Of a stretch of DNA of 64,000 nucleotides, positions 37,158-48,385 are shown one piece after another. The stretch comes from Pedobacter sp. (lineage in GTDB: Bacteria > Desulfobacterota > Desulfuromonadia > Desulfuromonadales > Syntrophotaleaceae), in assembly GCA_050253415.1 (NCBI GenBank), contig JBFWJC010000003.1:96001-160000 (forward strand), given 5' to 3'. Under the pieces are notes generated by a model. It made no database searches. It was not told where the DNA came from and saw only the letters and a list, made by a program, of their open reading frames with translations. Each line of letters opens with the position of its first letter. Positions within the stretch are counted from its first letter, which is position 1. The translations under genes and the position numbers were made by a program.

Positions 37158-38801
37158 ATGCTAATTCACGGAAATCTGACGGGGCTCAAATCCAGCCAGA
37201 TCAAGGCGTTGGAGCGGATTTACCGGAGGCGGGTGCCACCGGATCAGATCGTTACGCCGGAGTTGGCCCGTTACCTGACCGAACAATCTCTTGAGATTCG
37301 CCGTCAGATCGGGTTGATTATCGATCGCAGCGGCACGGTTCGGTACGTCATTGTCGGTGATGATCGTGAAATCGTGATCCCCGATCTGTCTGACTATGGC
37401 CGTGGGCGTAGCGGCCTGCGAGGGTTGCGCTGTATCCACACCCACTTGGCTGGCGAGTCGTTGAGCGAGGACGACCTGACCGACCTGGCGTTACTGTGTC
37501 TTGATTTGATGGTAATGATCAGCGTCGGTGAGACCGGCTTGCCCGGACGGGTTGAGTATGCTCATCCGCTCCCCCCCAACCCTGAAGGCAAAACGGTTGA
37601 GATTACAACCGTGCCCTCGGTGTACGATCTGGATCTGGATCTCGACAGGGTTTTACGCTCGCTGGAACAGGAACTTGAAACCAAGATTGCCGAAACCGTC
37701 GACCTTTCCGATCCCAGAGAAAAAGGCATCCTTATATCCGTCAGTCAACAACCGCGCTATGAAGTCGAAGATTCCCTCGATGAATTGACTGAACTGGCCC
37801 GCACCGCCGAGGTAGTGGTGCTGGACAGATTCATTCAACGGCCGCGCCAGCTGAATCCCAAATACCTGCTGGGGGAGGGGAAGGTCAAAGAGGTCATTAT
37901 CCGCGCCCTGCAACAAGGGGCCACCCTGTTGATTTTTGACCAGGATCTCAGCCCGGCGCAGGTAAGGGCCATCGCCGAAATCACCGATTTGAAAGTCATC
38001 GATCGTTCCCAGTTGATTCTGGATATTTTTGCCCGCAGGGCCCATACCCGCGACGGTAAGGTTCAGGTCGAACTGGCGCAGCTTAAATATATCCTGCCGC
38101 GCCTTGTCGGCCGGGGGGTCGCCTTTTCGCGGCTTATGGGTGGCATTGGTGGTCGCGGTCCCGGGGAAACCAAACTGGAGATCGATCGTCGTCGCATTCG
38201 CGATCGTATAACCCGGCTCGAAAACGAACTGAAAAATCTGTCCAAGGGGCGTTTGCAGAGGCGGCAGCGCCGAATTCGTTCCGGCGTGCCGATTATTTCC
38301 ATCGTCGGTTATACCAACGCCGGCAAGTCGACCCTGCTTAATGCCCTGACTCAAAGCAAAGTTTTTACCGAAGATCTTTTGTTTGCAACCCTCGATACCT
38401 CCAGCCGACGATTGCGCTTTCCCATGGAGCGTGAAGTCATCATTACCGATACCGTCGGTTTTATTCGCAAGCTTCCAAAAAGTTTGATTGGCGCGTTCCG
38501 TGCAACACTCGAGGAGCTGCAAGACGCAGATCTGCTTTTGCACGTGGTGGATGTTTCCAATCCACGGTTTGAGGAGCATATCGCTGCGGTGGAAAAAATC
38601 CTTGATGATCTGGATCTTGGGTTGATCCCCCGACAGCTTGTTTTCAATAAAATGGACCTTGTATCGGTTCAGCAGGTCGAAGCGTTATGCCGTCGGTTTG
38701 ACGCCATTGCGGTCAGCGCCCGTGACCGCAAGACCTTTGAACCCTTACTGGAAATGCTCGAAGGTCGCTTCTGGCCTCGGGAAATGGAAGGGTCGGATTG
38801 A
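37158..38801 (+). CDS. hflX: GTPase HflX (long form)
   Basis: LILDIFARRA, GRGPGETKLE, GYTNAGKS, DTVGFI, NKMD. Confidence 0.96.
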   Translation: MLIHGNLTGLKSSQIKALERIYRRRVPPDQIVTPELARYLTEQSLEIRRQIGLIIDRSGTVRYVIVGDDREIVIPDLSDYGRGRSGLRGLRCIHTHLAGESLSEDDLTDLALLCLDLMVMISVGETGLPGRVEYAHPLPPNPEGKTVEITTVPSVYDLDLDLDRVLRSLEQELETKIAETVDLSDPREKGILISVSQQPRYEVEDSLDELTELARTAEVVVLDRFIQRPRQLNPKYLLGEGKVKEVIIRALQQGATLLIFDQDLSPAQVRAIAEITDLKVIDRSQLILDIFARRAHTRDGKVQVELAQLKYILPRLVGRGVAFSRLMGGIGGRGPGETKLEIDRRRIRDRITRLENELKNLSKGRLQRRQRRIRSGVPIISIVGYTNAGKSTLLNALTQSKVFTEDLLFATLDTSSRRLRFPMEREVIITDTVGFIRKLPKSLIGAFRATLEELQDADLLLHVVDVSNPRFEEHIAAVEKILDDLDLGLIPRQLVFNKMDLVSVQQVEALCRRFDAIAVSARDRKTFEPLLEMLEGRFWPREMEGSD

Positions 38802-38821
38802 AATCCGGTTAATGTGAACGA

Positions 38822-40672
38822 ATGGCTAAAAGATATATAGTATTTTTGCTCGTGGGGCTGATGGCTGGTTGCCAGATGCCTGTGCGGCCTGTTTCGGGAC
38901 CCTCGGATAGCGGCAAAAATTCTCCCGCGCGCCCCGGAGTAGCAGCAAAAAGTGCCGGGCAGGTCAAATCGCTGGCCGGATTGACGGTTGCCGATGGATT
39001 GGACGGGAGCGAAGACGAAGACGAACAAAACCTGGGAGAGGGGGAAGATGTGGCCGATGGCTGTGTCGTCACTGTTGACCCCGAAACCCTGGAGGACATG
39101 GAACTTCTTTCGGATGTTGACAAATTGCCGCCGGAAGACGAAGGAGTTACTGCGGTCGAGGGTGATCAGGTCTATGATATTTCGGTAGTGGAAAACGAAA
39201 AAGTCCGTTATTTCATCGACTACTATGCCAATCGCGGTAGCCGTGGATTCCGGCGGTGGCTTGAACGCTCGGGGCGTTACCTGCCCATGATGCAGGCCAT
39301 CTTTACTGAAAAAGGGTTACCCCGTGATCTGACGTATCTCGCCATGATCGAGTCGGGTTTCAACGAAAAGGCGTGCAGTCGTGCCAACGCGGTAGGGCCG
39401 TGGCAATTTATGGCCGGTACCGGTAAGATGTACGGTCTGCAAAACGAATGGTGGCGCGATGAACGGCGCGATCCGATTAAATCGACGATCGCTGCAGCCC
39501 ATCATCTTCGGGATCTTCATGCACGTTTTGAAGGCGACTGGAACCTTGCCATTGCCGCATACAATGCGGGTGCTGGCAAGGTCAGTCAGGCTATCCGGAA
39601 TTCCGGAAGTCGTGACTTCTGGAAGCTCAGCAGGGAAGGTCACTTGCATACGGAAACCCGCAATTACCTGCCTAAACTGTTTGCGGTGCTGCATATCGCC
39701 AAAAATCCTGCGAAATACGGTTTCGAAGATATTCACTATCAGGAACCGCTGGCGTATGACGAAGTCGCATTGCCCAGTAGTACGGATCTGGATATCGTTG
39801 CCCGGTTGTGTGGGGTGGAGTACGATGCTATTCAGAAACTTAATCCCGAATTGAAACGTTGGTGCACGCCGCCCGGCATCAAAGATTATAAGTTACGTAT
39901 TCCCGTCGGTAAGCGTGATGCCTTTTTGACCGCATATGCAGGAATTCCCGCCAACCAGCGGGCAAATTACAGCCATTATCGGATCCGCTCAGGTGATACG
40001 CTCGGTGCCCTGGCTGCGCGTTTTGGAGTCAAGACGCGGGATATCATGACTTTGAACCGCATCAAAAGCCCACGCAGCTTGCGCATCGGGACGGATCTTA
40101 TCCTGCCGCTGAGCCCCGATTATGCCCAGAACGCTTTGGCTTCTCTGGGGGATGATTATGACCGCACTCCGGTAAGATCCCACAAGGTTCGACAGGGGGA
40201 TACGTTATGGAAGATAGCGCGCCGGTATAATATGTCGCCGGCTCAACTGGCGGCTAAAAACGGCATGCGCGTTGATGGCGTGTTGCGCCCCGGTAAGGTT
40301 TTGAAGGTGGCGGGCAGTGCCGCGGTATCGGCCAGGTCGGCCGAGACCTACAAAGTGCGTTCGGGCGATAATCTATGGACAATTGCCAAGCGTTTCGGGG
40401 TAAGCACGGATCGACTGTGCGCCTGGAACGATCTGAGCAAGGCCAGCGTTTTGAAGCCGGGCATGGTTCTCAAACTATCCGGAGTTGCCACGGGGACACA
40501 ACCACGAAAAATCGTTTATCAGGTTCGTTCCGGGGACAGTCTGTGGAGTATTAGTCGGCGCTTCAGTCTGTCCGTGGTTAAGATCAGGAACTGGAACAAT
40601 CTTGCCAACAATCAGGTGCTGCGCCCAGGGCAAAAACTGACTCTTCATGTCAGTTCGGACCATCGGGGATAA
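38822..40672 (+). CDS. mltD: Membrane-bound lytic transglycosylase D with LysM repeats
   Basis: Lipobox MAGC, AMIESGF, GPWQFM, AYNAG, ETRNYLP, four clear LysM domains. Confidence 0.9.
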   Translation: MAKRYIVFLLVGLMAGCQMPVRPVSGPSDSGKNSPARPGVAAKSAGQVKSLAGLTVADGLDGSEDEDEQNLGEGEDVADGCVVTVDPETLEDMELLSDVDKLPPEDEGVTAVEGDQVYDISVVENEKVRYFIDYYANRGSRGFRRWLERSGRYLPMMQAIFTEKGLPRDLTYLAMIESGFNEKACSRANAVGPWQFMAGTGKMYGLQNEWWRDERRDPIKSTIAAAHHLRDLHARFEGDWNLAIAAYNAGAGKVSQAIRNSGSRDFWKLSREGHLHTETRNYLPKLFAVLHIAKNPAKYGFEDIHYQEPLAYDEVALPSSTDLDIVARLCGVEYDAIQKLNPELKRWCTPPGIKDYKLRIPVGKRDAFLTAYAGIPANQRANYSHYRIRSGDTLGALAARFGVKTRDIMTLNRIKSPRSLRIGTDLILPLSPDYAQNALASLGDDYDRTPVRSHKVRQGDTLWKIARRYNMSPAQLAAKNGMRVDGVLRPGKVLKVAGSAAVSARSAETYKVRSGDNLWTIAKRFGVSTDRLCAWNDLSKASVLKPGMVLKLSGVATGTQPRKIVYQVRSGDSLWSISRRFSLSVVKIRNWNNLANNQVLRPGQKLTLHVSSDHRG

Positions 40673-40750
40673 GCTTTTGACATTTTTTAGGCACGTTGCT
40701 ACACTGCCTGGCGCATTGTATGTTAACCATGTGAAAGGATCCCCCCGTTT

Positions 40751-41476
40751 ATGATCAATCTGGCTATTTCATTGGCAGTGTATTTAGCTGTTGTCGGCCT
40801 GCTTCAGGTAACCGTCAGTCTCGATACCTGGATTAATGCCCTTATCGGTCTGGCTGTTTTTGCCCTGGTTTATTTCCTGCTGAGTCGTCGTGTGCTTAAA
40901 AAGCTTACTGCGGTGATGGAAGAGGTTCAGCGGGATATGCTGGCCGGGAGGGCCGAAAAGGCCATCAAAATTCTGGAGGCTTCCTTGCCCCTGGGTAAAT
41001 GGCAATTCCTGGTATCTTCTCAATTGCATTCCCAGATCGGCAGTCTTTACTACCTGAAGCGTGATTTCGGTAAGGCATTTGACTATCTTCAAAAGGGATT
41101 CAGCCGCCACTGGCCTTCGATGGGCATGCTTGCCATCTGTTATATGAAACGCAACAAACTTGATAAAATGGTGCAAACGTTTGAAAAGGCTGTCAGCTTG
41201 ACCCGCAACGAAGCCATGCTATGGAACTTGTATGCCTATTGCCTGGAAAAGGTCGGTAATCATGCCCAGGCCATTGAAGTCATGAAAAAAGGGATCAAGA
41301 AAGCAGGTAATGACGATAACCTGCAGCAAAATCTCGATGCCTTGCTTGAAGGCCGGAAAATGAAGATGCAGGTCTATGGTGATATGTGGCTGCAATTTCA
41401 TCTCGAAAAAACCGGTACCATTGTCAAGCAACAGACCAAGGCGATGCAGGGACGGCGCAAAATTGTAAGGCGGTAA
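40751..41476 (+). CDS. Membrane protein with TPR-like region
   Basis: Two N-terminal TMs then helical repeats; operonic spacing. Confidence 0.75.
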   Translation: MINLAISLAVYLAVVGLLQVTVSLDTWINALIGLAVFALVYFLLSRRVLKKLTAVMEEVQRDMLAGRAEKAIKILEASLPLGKWQFLVSSQLHSQIGSLYYLKRDFGKAFDYLQKGFSRHWPSMGMLAICYMKRNKLDKMVQTFEKAVSLTRNEAMLWNLYAYCLEKVGNHAQAIEVMKKGIKKAGNDDNLQQNLDALLEGRKMKMQVYGDMWLQFHLEKTGTIVKQQTKAMQGRRKIVRR

Positions 41477-41478
41477 TC

Positions 41479-42165
41479 GTGGCTCGCAAGAAAAAACAAC
41501 AAAAAAGCACCCGTGAATTTAAAGAAAGCCCCTTCAAAACATTGAAGGGGCTTGTCCTTTCTGGTCAAGCAACGTCTTCGGTGAAAAAAATAGAAAAGAA
41601 ACCTGAGGTGGAAGAAGAGGTTGACGATAGTTCCCTGTTTGAGCGGGAAATGACGATGTTGAATGTTGAAAAGCGTCATGGCAGTGAGGTTGGTCGGCCT
41701 TTGCCGCCGGAATCCCAGGAATCGGAGCCCACTCCGGTACATAACCCCACTCCAGTGACTGATCAAGAACTCTTTCTTTCCGCCCTTGGCAGTATGGACA
41801 GCGTTTTCAGGGACGAACTGCCGCAGGAAGAGGAACCACATGCCTCGCCGCGGCGTATGAAACAGTTGCGCCAGGGGAAGCTTGCTCCCGAAGCGCAGCT
41901 TGATCTTCATGGCGCAACCCGTGAGGAAGCGCGGCAAAAAGTTGGCTATTTTTTAGAGGATTGCGTTTATCAGGGTTATAAGACCGTCCTTGTCATTACC
42001 GGCCGGGGAAAGGGGTCTCTCGAAGGTCCTGTCCTGCGGGATGATATGGAAAAGTATCTTTCCCACGATGCATCAGCCTGGGTGGTTGAATGGGGGCGTG
42101 CGCCGGCACGATATGGTGGGGACGGCGCGTTAGTCGTGTATTTAAGATCCTCACTGAAAAAGTGA
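41479..42165 (+). CDS. Smr/MutS2 domain protein
   Basis: LDLHG, VITGRGKGS, GGDGALVVYL; GTG start. Confidence 0.9.
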   Translation: MARKKKQQKSTREFKESPFKTLKGLVLSGQATSSVKKIEKKPEVEEEVDDSSLFEREMTMLNVEKRHGSEVGRPLPPESQESEPTPVHNPTPVTDQELFLSALGSMDSVFRDELPQEEEPHASPRRMKQLRQGKLAPEAQLDLHGATREEARQKVGYFLEDCVYQGYKTVLVITGRGKGSLEGPVLRDDMEKYLSHDASAWVVEWGRAPARYGGDGALVVYLRSSLKK

Positions 42166-42177
42166 TGTTTCAATATC

Positions 42178-42211
42178 AAGAAAGGCCGCAGCGTTTGCTG
42201 CGGCCTTTCTT
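42178..42211. terminator. Bidirectional terminator between smr and rne
   Basis: AAGAAAGGCCGCAGC...GCTGCGGCCTTTCTT-like stem. Confidence 0.8.
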
Positions 42212-42266
42212 GTTGATGTTCATGGGGAGTGCTGATTCGTCCCTGGAGAGGATTCTATCAGACGCC

Positions 42267-44768
42267 TCATTGTTTATCGGGAGCGGACTCCGGAACGACA
42301 GTCTCTGTGGCTGGTTTGGCCGCAGTTTTCCGGGGTCGGCGGGCCGGTTTTTTCTTGATGGGTTCCCCGGTGTCCGCTTCTGAGGATGCTTTCGCGGGTT
42401 CTGTTACGTCGCCAGTTGGCTTTTTAGTCGTGGTGCGACGTTTTGGGGTGGCCGCCGCTGTTTCTTTGACCGGTGTTTCATCGGTGACTTCCGTAACCGT
42501 GTCAACCGTGGCATCCGCGGCTTTTTTCGCAGTGCGTCTTGGCCGGGATCGCCGGGCCGCAGGCTTGACGGCCGCCGGTTCTTCAACAGCGCTCTCCTGG
42601 GTCACGGGTGCTGCTTCGGTGCCAGCTGGCAGTGGTGCTTTATCCGTTTCCGCCGGTTCGGTTTTTACGCGACTCTTGGCCGGGGTCCGTTTTCTGGCCG
42701 CCGGTTTAACCTCGGGCTTAACCTCCGGTTTAACCTCCGGTTTAACCTCCGGTTTAACCTCCGGTTTAACCTCGGGCTTAACCTCAGGTTGCGCTTCAGG
42801 TTGCGCTTCAGGTTGCGCTTCAGGTTGCGCTTCAGGTTGCGCTTCAGGTTGCGCTTCAGGTTGCGCTTCAGGTTGCGTAATCGCTCTTTTGGCCGCAGGT
42901 TTCCGCCGGCGGGGCCGAGGTCTTCTCGCCGGTTTTTCCGGTTGTTCGGCTGTAACCGCTGCATCCTCTGCAGTGGCCGTGGCTATTTCCGTAACGGGTT
43001 CTTGGGCTATATCCGCCTCGGCGGGGATTGTTCCCGAAGTTACCGTTGCGGGTTGGCCCTGTTCTGCACCCTCGGGCGAGACAGGCGTTGCTTCACCGGT
43101 GGTGTCTGCTGCAACCTCCTGGCCGTTAGCATTCTCTGCGGAAGAGGATTTGCGGCGTCTGCGCGGACGGCGTTTGCGTTTTGCCGGCTTTTCTTCGACG
43201 TCGGCTTCTTCGGTTGGCTGGATATCGTTAGATTCGGCCATGACGTGGCTGGCTTCGATGTAAGCGGTAGCCTGTGCCGATTCTTTTTCACGTTTGTGAA
43301 ATTCGATCTCGCCCTGGCTATTTAAGTATTCCGGGCAAGCTTTGATATGGATACGGATATCATTGGTTTGCTCAATGTTTAATAGTTCCGGGCGTTTATT
43401 GTTGAGCAGGTAGCTGGCAACATCCAGTGGGACCATCGCTTCTACCCGCCCGACATGCCCCTTCGCGAGTCCCGCATGAATTCTGCGTAAAAAGGATAGG
43501 GCCTGCGCCTCAACCGTCTTGATTTTGCCACTGCCGTTGCAGTGGGGACAGACTTCAAAAGACGCTTCGGCGAGAGCTGCCTTGATACGCTGGCGGCTCA
43601 TTTCAAGTAATCCGAACTGGCTTATGCGACCGATGCTGACCCTGGCTTTGTCCATTTTCATGGCTTCCTTGAGGGTCTTTTCCACTTCGCGAATATGCTT
43701 GCGGTCACGCATATCGATAAAATCGATGACCACCAGCCCCCCAAGGTCACGCAGACGTAACTGGCGTGCAGTCTCGATAGCTGCTTCAATGTTGGTTTTG
43801 TAAGCGGTTGCTTCGACTCCTTGCTCGCTGGCCATTTTTCCGGAGTTGACATCGATGGCCACCAGGGCTTCGGTACTGTCGATGACGATAGACCCACCAG
43901 ATGGAAGCATGACCTTGTTTTTACTGATCGACTCGATCTGCTCTTCAATCTGATAGCGGGCGAATATAGGTCGGCGCTCCTGGTGCAGTTTGACCAGTTC
44001 GGCGTATTCGGGCATCACTTCCTGGAAAAATTCGCGTGCTTCAGCGGACACCCGGGCATCATCCACCAGTACTTCGTCCATATCATCGCTGAAATAGTCG
44101 CGGATGGAACGGATAACAAGATTGGATTCTTTGTATACCAGGGCAGGTGCCTTGGTGGTGCTGGAAAGGGTTTGGATCTTGTTGTACAGGCGCAGCAGGT
44201 AGTCAACATCACGTTTGAGATCGGTTTTTTTCTGGGTGCTGCCGGCGGTTCGCACGATATAGCCCATGTCCTCAGGGATTTCCAGGCTATTCATGAGTTC
44301 CTTGAGTTTTTTCCGATCCGATTCCTTTTCGATTTTACGTGAGATACCTTTGGTGTCGGATTCCGGCATCAGGACCATATACCGCCCCGGGAGAGAGAGG
44401 TAAGTAGTCAGGGCTGCACCCTTGGTCCCACGCTCTTCCTTGACGATCTGTACCAGGATTTCCTGTCCGCGTCTTAGCAGGTCGTTGATTCGCGGTCTTT
44501 TTCCTTGTTCAGTGCGCCCTTCGGCGGCTTGGAAAAAAGACGGATGGATTTCTCCAACCTGAAGAAATCCAAGGCGTTCGCTGCCATAATCGACAAAGGC
44601 CGCCTGGAGTCCCGTCTCGACGCGGGCTACGACGGCCTTGTAAATATTGCCTTTGGTTTGTTCTTTGCCGGATATTTCAATATCCAGCTCTGTCAGGGTC
44701 CCGTCTTCAACAATGGCAACCCTGTGCTCCTCAGGATGAGTAGCGTTGATGAGCATCTTTTTAGTCAT
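42267..44768 (-). CDS. rne: Ribonuclease E
   Basis: MLINAT..EE.RVA, KGNIYK, AAFVDYG, IDVNSG, LRDLGGLVVIDFIDM, CPHCNG; long disordered C-terminus. Confidence 0.96.
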   Translation of the reverse strand: MTKKMLINATHPEEHRVAIVEDGTLTELDIEISGKEQTKGNIYKAVVARVETGLQAAFVDYGSERLGFLQVGEIHPSFFQAAEGRTEQGKRPRINDLLRRGQEILVQIVKEERGTKGAALTTYLSLPGRYMVLMPESDTKGISRKIEKESDRKKLKELMNSLEIPEDMGYIVRTAGSTQKKTDLKRDVDYLLRLYNKIQTLSSTTKAPALVYKESNLVIRSIRDYFSDDMDEVLVDDARVSAEAREFFQEVMPEYAELVKLHQERRPIFARYQIEEQIESISKNKVMLPSGGSIVIDSTEALVAIDVNSGKMASEQGVEATAYKTNIEAAIETARQLRLRDLGGLVVIDFIDMRDRKHIREVEKTLKEAMKMDKARVSIGRISQFGLLEMSRQRIKAALAEASFEVCPHCNGSGKIKTVEAQALSFLRRIHAGLAKGHVGRVEAMVPLDVASYLLNNKRPELLNIEQTNDIRIHIKACPEYLNSQGEIEFHKREKESAQATAYIEASHVMAESNDIQPTEEADVEEKPAKRKRRPRRRRKSSSAENANGQEVAADTTGEATPVSPEGAEQGQPATVTSGTIPAEADIAQEPVTEIATATAEDAAVTAEQPEKPARRPRPRRRKPAAKRAITQPEAQPEAQPEAQPEAQPEAQPEAQPEAQPEVKPEVKPEVKPEVKPEVKPEVKPEVKPAARKRTPAKSRVKTEPAETDKAPLPAGTEAAPVTQESAVEEPAAVKPAARRSRPRRTAKKAADATVDTVTEVTDETPVKETAAATPKRRTTTKKPTGDVTEPAKASSEADTGEPIKKKPARRPRKTAAKPATETVVPESAPDKQ
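42702..42877. repeat. Two-block 12-bp coding tandem repeat in rne (QPEA x7, then QPEV/KPEV x7)
   Basis: CGGTTTAACCTC units followed by AGGTTGCGCTTC units. Confidence 0.95.
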
Positions 44769-45100
44769 GAAAATCCTTCCGACTGCCGCACGCGACAGCC
44801 ACTAAATGGGTTAGGGCCGAAAATATTCGGCTTGTCAGTTTTCCCGTGCCGGACGAATCGGTCCACCGGGCCTATGGGCGGTGGTGATCGCTGGCTGAAC
44901 ACGGTACGGAAAGACCGTTGATACTTTTATATGGTCAAGGCATGGTGCCCGACGGCATACATTGAAAATGGTGGGAAAACCCCGATAACTGATAAATTCA
45001 ACTAGTCAATGAGACGGAGGTGCAGAGCTCAGGATTTCCCTGTGGGGTCTCGTCTCTTTCGAGGTTTTACCTGAGCTTCTATTGTGCTATAAAAAGAGCC

Positions 45101-47029
45101 ATGCTGCAACTGCGAAATATTATCAAGGATTTTGGAGACAGGCGCCTGTTCGCTGGTATTAACTGGCATGTCAGGCTTGCTGATCGCATCGGGCTTTGCG
45201 GAGAGAACGGCACGGGTAAAACGACCCTGCTCAGGGTTCTCGCCGGAGAGGTGGCGATCGATGGTGGCGAGGTACAGAGTGCCAAGGGCACATCCATCGG
45301 CTATTTGCCGCAGGATGGTCTGGTGCATGCCGGTCTCAGCCTGTTTGATGAGGTGCGTTCGGCCCTTTCCGAGCTCATGTCCCTGGAAGCGGAACTGCGA
45401 TCTCTCGAGGCGCAAATCGGTGCTGACAGCCCTCCGGGGATGTTGGAACGTTATGCCGTGGTTCAGGAGATTTTCCGTCACCGCGGCGGCTATGCCATCG
45501 AGGCGGAGATCGGCCGGGTTCTCGGCGGTCTCGGTTTTGCCGAAAGTGACTGGCAAAAGCCCTGTGAGCAGTTCTCCGGTGGGTGGCAGATGCGTATCGC
45601 CCTGGCCAAACTGCTGCTGCAGCGACCCAATCTGTTGTTGCTGGACGAACCGACCAACCATCTGGACCTGCCGGCACGGGATTGGCTTGAGAATTATCTG
45701 GCTGATTATCCGTTTGCCGTCGTGCTGGTATCCCACGACCGGTTTTTCCTTGATCGGGTGGTAAACCGTATCGTTGAACTGTGGAACGGCGCCTTAACGG
45801 AATATACCGGGAATTACAGCACCTATCTGGTAGAGCGGGAACAGCGTATCAGTGCCCTGCGTGCTGCACGCATGCGCCAGGATGAAGAGGTTGCCCGTAT
45901 TGAAGCCTTCATCAGTCGGTTCCGTTATCAGGCCAACAAGGCGACCCAGGTGCAGAGCCGCATCAAGCAGCTTGAAAAGATTGATCGCATTGAAGTGCCT
46001 CCCGAGCGCAAAAGCATCGCTTTTCAGTTTCCCGCCCCCCCTAAAGGCGGACGTCTGGCATTGGAACTGGAAGACATCGAACAAGGTTATGGTCCGTTAA
46101 GCGTATTGCGGGGGGTGTCCCTGAGTATCGAGCGGGGGGAACGCGTGGCGCTGGTCGGTGCCAACGGTGCGGGCAAGTCGACTCTCATGCGTTTAATGGC
46201 TGGTACCGAAGCGCCGCGTAGTGGTGTTCGAAAGGAAGGACACAACCTGGATCTGGCCTATTTCGCCCAGGATCAGGCGAGAGTGTTAAATCCTTCCCGT
46301 ACGGTCCTGGAGGAATTGACGGCGACGGCGCCTTTTGACATGGTGCCGCGGGTTCGCGATATTCTCGGCGCTTTTTTGTTTTCCGGTGACGATGTTCATA
46401 AACCGGTATCGGTACTCTCCGGAGGCGAACGCAACCGCCTGGCTCTGGCTATGTTGTTGCTGCGACCGGCAAATTTGCTATTGCTGGACGAACCGACTAA
46501 CCATCTTGATCTGCAATCCAAAGATGTCCTGTTGCGTTCTTTGCTGGCTTACCAGGGGACTCTTGTGTTCGTATCCCACGATCGCTATTTCGTCGATCGC
46601 CTGGCGACGCGGGTAATTGAGGTTGGTGGTGGCTGTGCCGTTTCCCATTTGGGCAACTACGAGGATTTTTTGCGGGACAAGGCTGCCGGTGGAGATCTCA
46701 GTCATTCGGCAGAGCGCGTCGAACAGAGGCAGGTTGCCGCCACGGGTGGGGAGGACAACGCGACTACGGCCTCGGCAGCATCCTATGAAGATCGCAAAGT
46801 AGCCAAACGCGAGGAGCGGCGGAGGCAAAAGCAACTTGCCGAAATCGAAACTTTGATCGAAGTTGGGGAACAGAAGCTGGCTGAATTGGAAGCAACCATG
46901 GCCGATCCTCAACTGTATGATGATCCCCAGCGATCCCGGCAGGTCGCGGATGATTACGAAGCTTTGCAGAATGAAATTGCTGATCTTTACCAACGCTGGG
47001 AAGCGTTGCACCTTGAAGAAACGGCCTGA
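45101..47029 (+). CDS. ABC-F family ATP-binding protein
   Basis: Two ABC cassettes (GENGTGKT/FSGGW; GANGAGKS/LSGGE), DEPTNHLD x2, no TM. Confidence 0.95.
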   Translation: MLQLRNIIKDFGDRRLFAGINWHVRLADRIGLCGENGTGKTTLLRVLAGEVAIDGGEVQSAKGTSIGYLPQDGLVHAGLSLFDEVRSALSELMSLEAELRSLEAQIGADSPPGMLERYAVVQEIFRHRGGYAIEAEIGRVLGGLGFAESDWQKPCEQFSGGWQMRIALAKLLLQRPNLLLLDEPTNHLDLPARDWLENYLADYPFAVVLVSHDRFFLDRVVNRIVELWNGALTEYTGNYSTYLVEREQRISALRAARMRQDEEVARIEAFISRFRYQANKATQVQSRIKQLEKIDRIEVPPERKSIAFQFPAPPKGGRLALELEDIEQGYGPLSVLRGVSLSIERGERVALVGANGAGKSTLMRLMAGTEAPRSGVRKEGHNLDLAYFAQDQARVLNPSRTVLEELTATAPFDMVPRVRDILGAFLFSGDDVHKPVSVLSGGERNRLALAMLLLRPANLLLLDEPTNHLDLQSKDVLLRSLLAYQGTLVFVSHDRYFVDRLATRVIEVGGGCAVSHLGNYEDFLRDKAAGGDLSHSAERVEQRQVAATGGEDNATTASAASYEDRKVAKREERRRQKQLAEIETLIEVGEQKLAELEATMADPQLYDDPQRSRQVADDYEALQNEIADLYQRWEALHLEETA

Positions 47030-47092
47030 AAAAGGACCTGTCCCGTACGCAAAATCCGAAGGATGGGACTTGTCATGCTTTACGGAGGATTC

Positions 47093-47746
47093 ATGATCGT
47101 ATTACCACGAGGCAAACCGGTCAAAGAGGGGGGACGCACCCTTGGCATGGACTGGCATGAAGTGCTGGAAAAACTGCATGATGGTCATTTCACCGGTTAC
47201 CTGAATTTTGTTGCCGATTATGGTCGTGGTCTGTTGTTGTTTGTTCGTGGTCAGTTGGTAGTGATTCGTTACTGTATGCGTGATGATGTACTTGCTGGCG
47301 AAGTTGCCCTTAAGCACATTTTTTCGGCGTCACTGTCGGGTCACGCCAGCCTGGACATTTATCGGTTGGAGCCAGTTCTTGCCCTTGAAATATTCAACCT
47401 TATCGAGGGAGAGACGCTCTACCAGGGGCAACATCGCGACCTGCTGGATATTCCATTTCTGCTCGAACGGTTGAAGTCTGATTGTTTTAGCGGTGGGTTG
47501 CATGTACAAGCCGGGGATGAGGTGGCGATTATTCTCATGGAGGAAGGCCATTTTCTCGGATTTTTTCATGATGGGCATCCGGGTATCATGACCTCCGCCG
47601 ACCTCTCCACCTCGGTGGCATGGCAACCTGGAGCCAAAATCGATGTAATCCGATCTGCAGGGGTCACCGATTTGGATCTGCCTGATTTTTTTCAGGAACT
47701 CGATCTGGGACCTCTTTGGGAAAATGCCTTGTTACATGCCGGGTAA
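47093..47746 (+). CDS. Conserved hypothetical protein (two repeated subdomains)
   Basis: [21 protein letters not shown] / [13 protein letters not shown] internal repeat. Confidence 0.7.
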   Translation: MIVLPRGKPVKEGGRTLGMDWHEVLEKLHDGHFTGYLNFVADYGRGLLLFVRGQLVVIRYCMRDDVLAGEVALKHIFSASLSGHASLDIYRLEPVLALEIFNLIEGETLYQGQHRDLLDIPFLLERLKSDCFSGGLHVQAGDEVAIILMEEGHFLGFFHDGHPGIMTSADLSTSVAWQPGAKIDVIRSAGVTDLDLPDFFQELDLGPLWENALLHAG

Positions 47747-47769
47747 ACAAACTGGGGAAAGGGCGTGGT

Positions 47770-48297
47770 ATGAAACGGGAAATTTTCGGAAGAATGGAAT
47801 TGCTCGTAGGAGATATCACCCAACTGCAGGTCGACGCCATCGTCAATGCGGCGAACCGTAGCCTGCTCGGAGGGGGTGGTGTGGATGGGGCCATTCATCG
47901 CGCCGCCGGTCCGGATTTAGTCGAGGAGTGCCGTACCCTTGGTGGGTGCGAGACGGGTGACGCAAAAATCACCGGCGGCTATAAACTTCCCGCGCGTCAC
48001 ATCATTCATACGGTCGGCCCGGTGTATCACGGTCGTCCTGACGACCCAGAGCTGCTGGCATCCTGTTATCGCACCAGCTTGCAACTGGCTCGCAAGCATG
48101 GCCTGGCCAGTGTAGCTTTTCCTGCTATAAGTTGCGGCATTTATGGGTATCCCGTGGATCAGGCCTGCCGTATTGCGATTGATACGGTGCGCGATTTTCT
48201 TACGGACAGCGCGTTGCCTGAAAAGGTATTGTTTGTTCTTTTTTCCGAGGAGTTTTTCCGTATCTATCGTGACTATTTACGCAAGGTAACGGCCTGA
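47770..48297 (+). CDS. ymdB: Macro-domain O-acetyl-ADP-ribose deacetylase
   Basis: [41 protein letters not shown]. Confidence 0.92.
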   Translation: MKREIFGRMELLVGDITQLQVDAIVNAANRSLLGGGGVDGAIHRAAGPDLVEECRTLGGCETGDAKITGGYKLPARHIIHTVGPVYHGRPDDPELLASCYRTSLQLARKHGLASVAFPAISCGIYGYPVDQACRIAIDTVRDFLTDSALPEKVLFVLFSEEFFRIYRDYLRKVTA

Positions 48298-48385
48298 TAC
48301 CTCTCAACCTGCGGTTAGTACTCCGTGCGATGAATCGACACGGTTAACCGCACGGGACGCAAGCGGTTCGAAAATCGGAGATTTG

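Noticed and set aside
42229..43263. 344-aa plus-strand ORF with GLTS/GCAS repeats
   Set aside because: Antisense shadow of the low-complexity rne tail.
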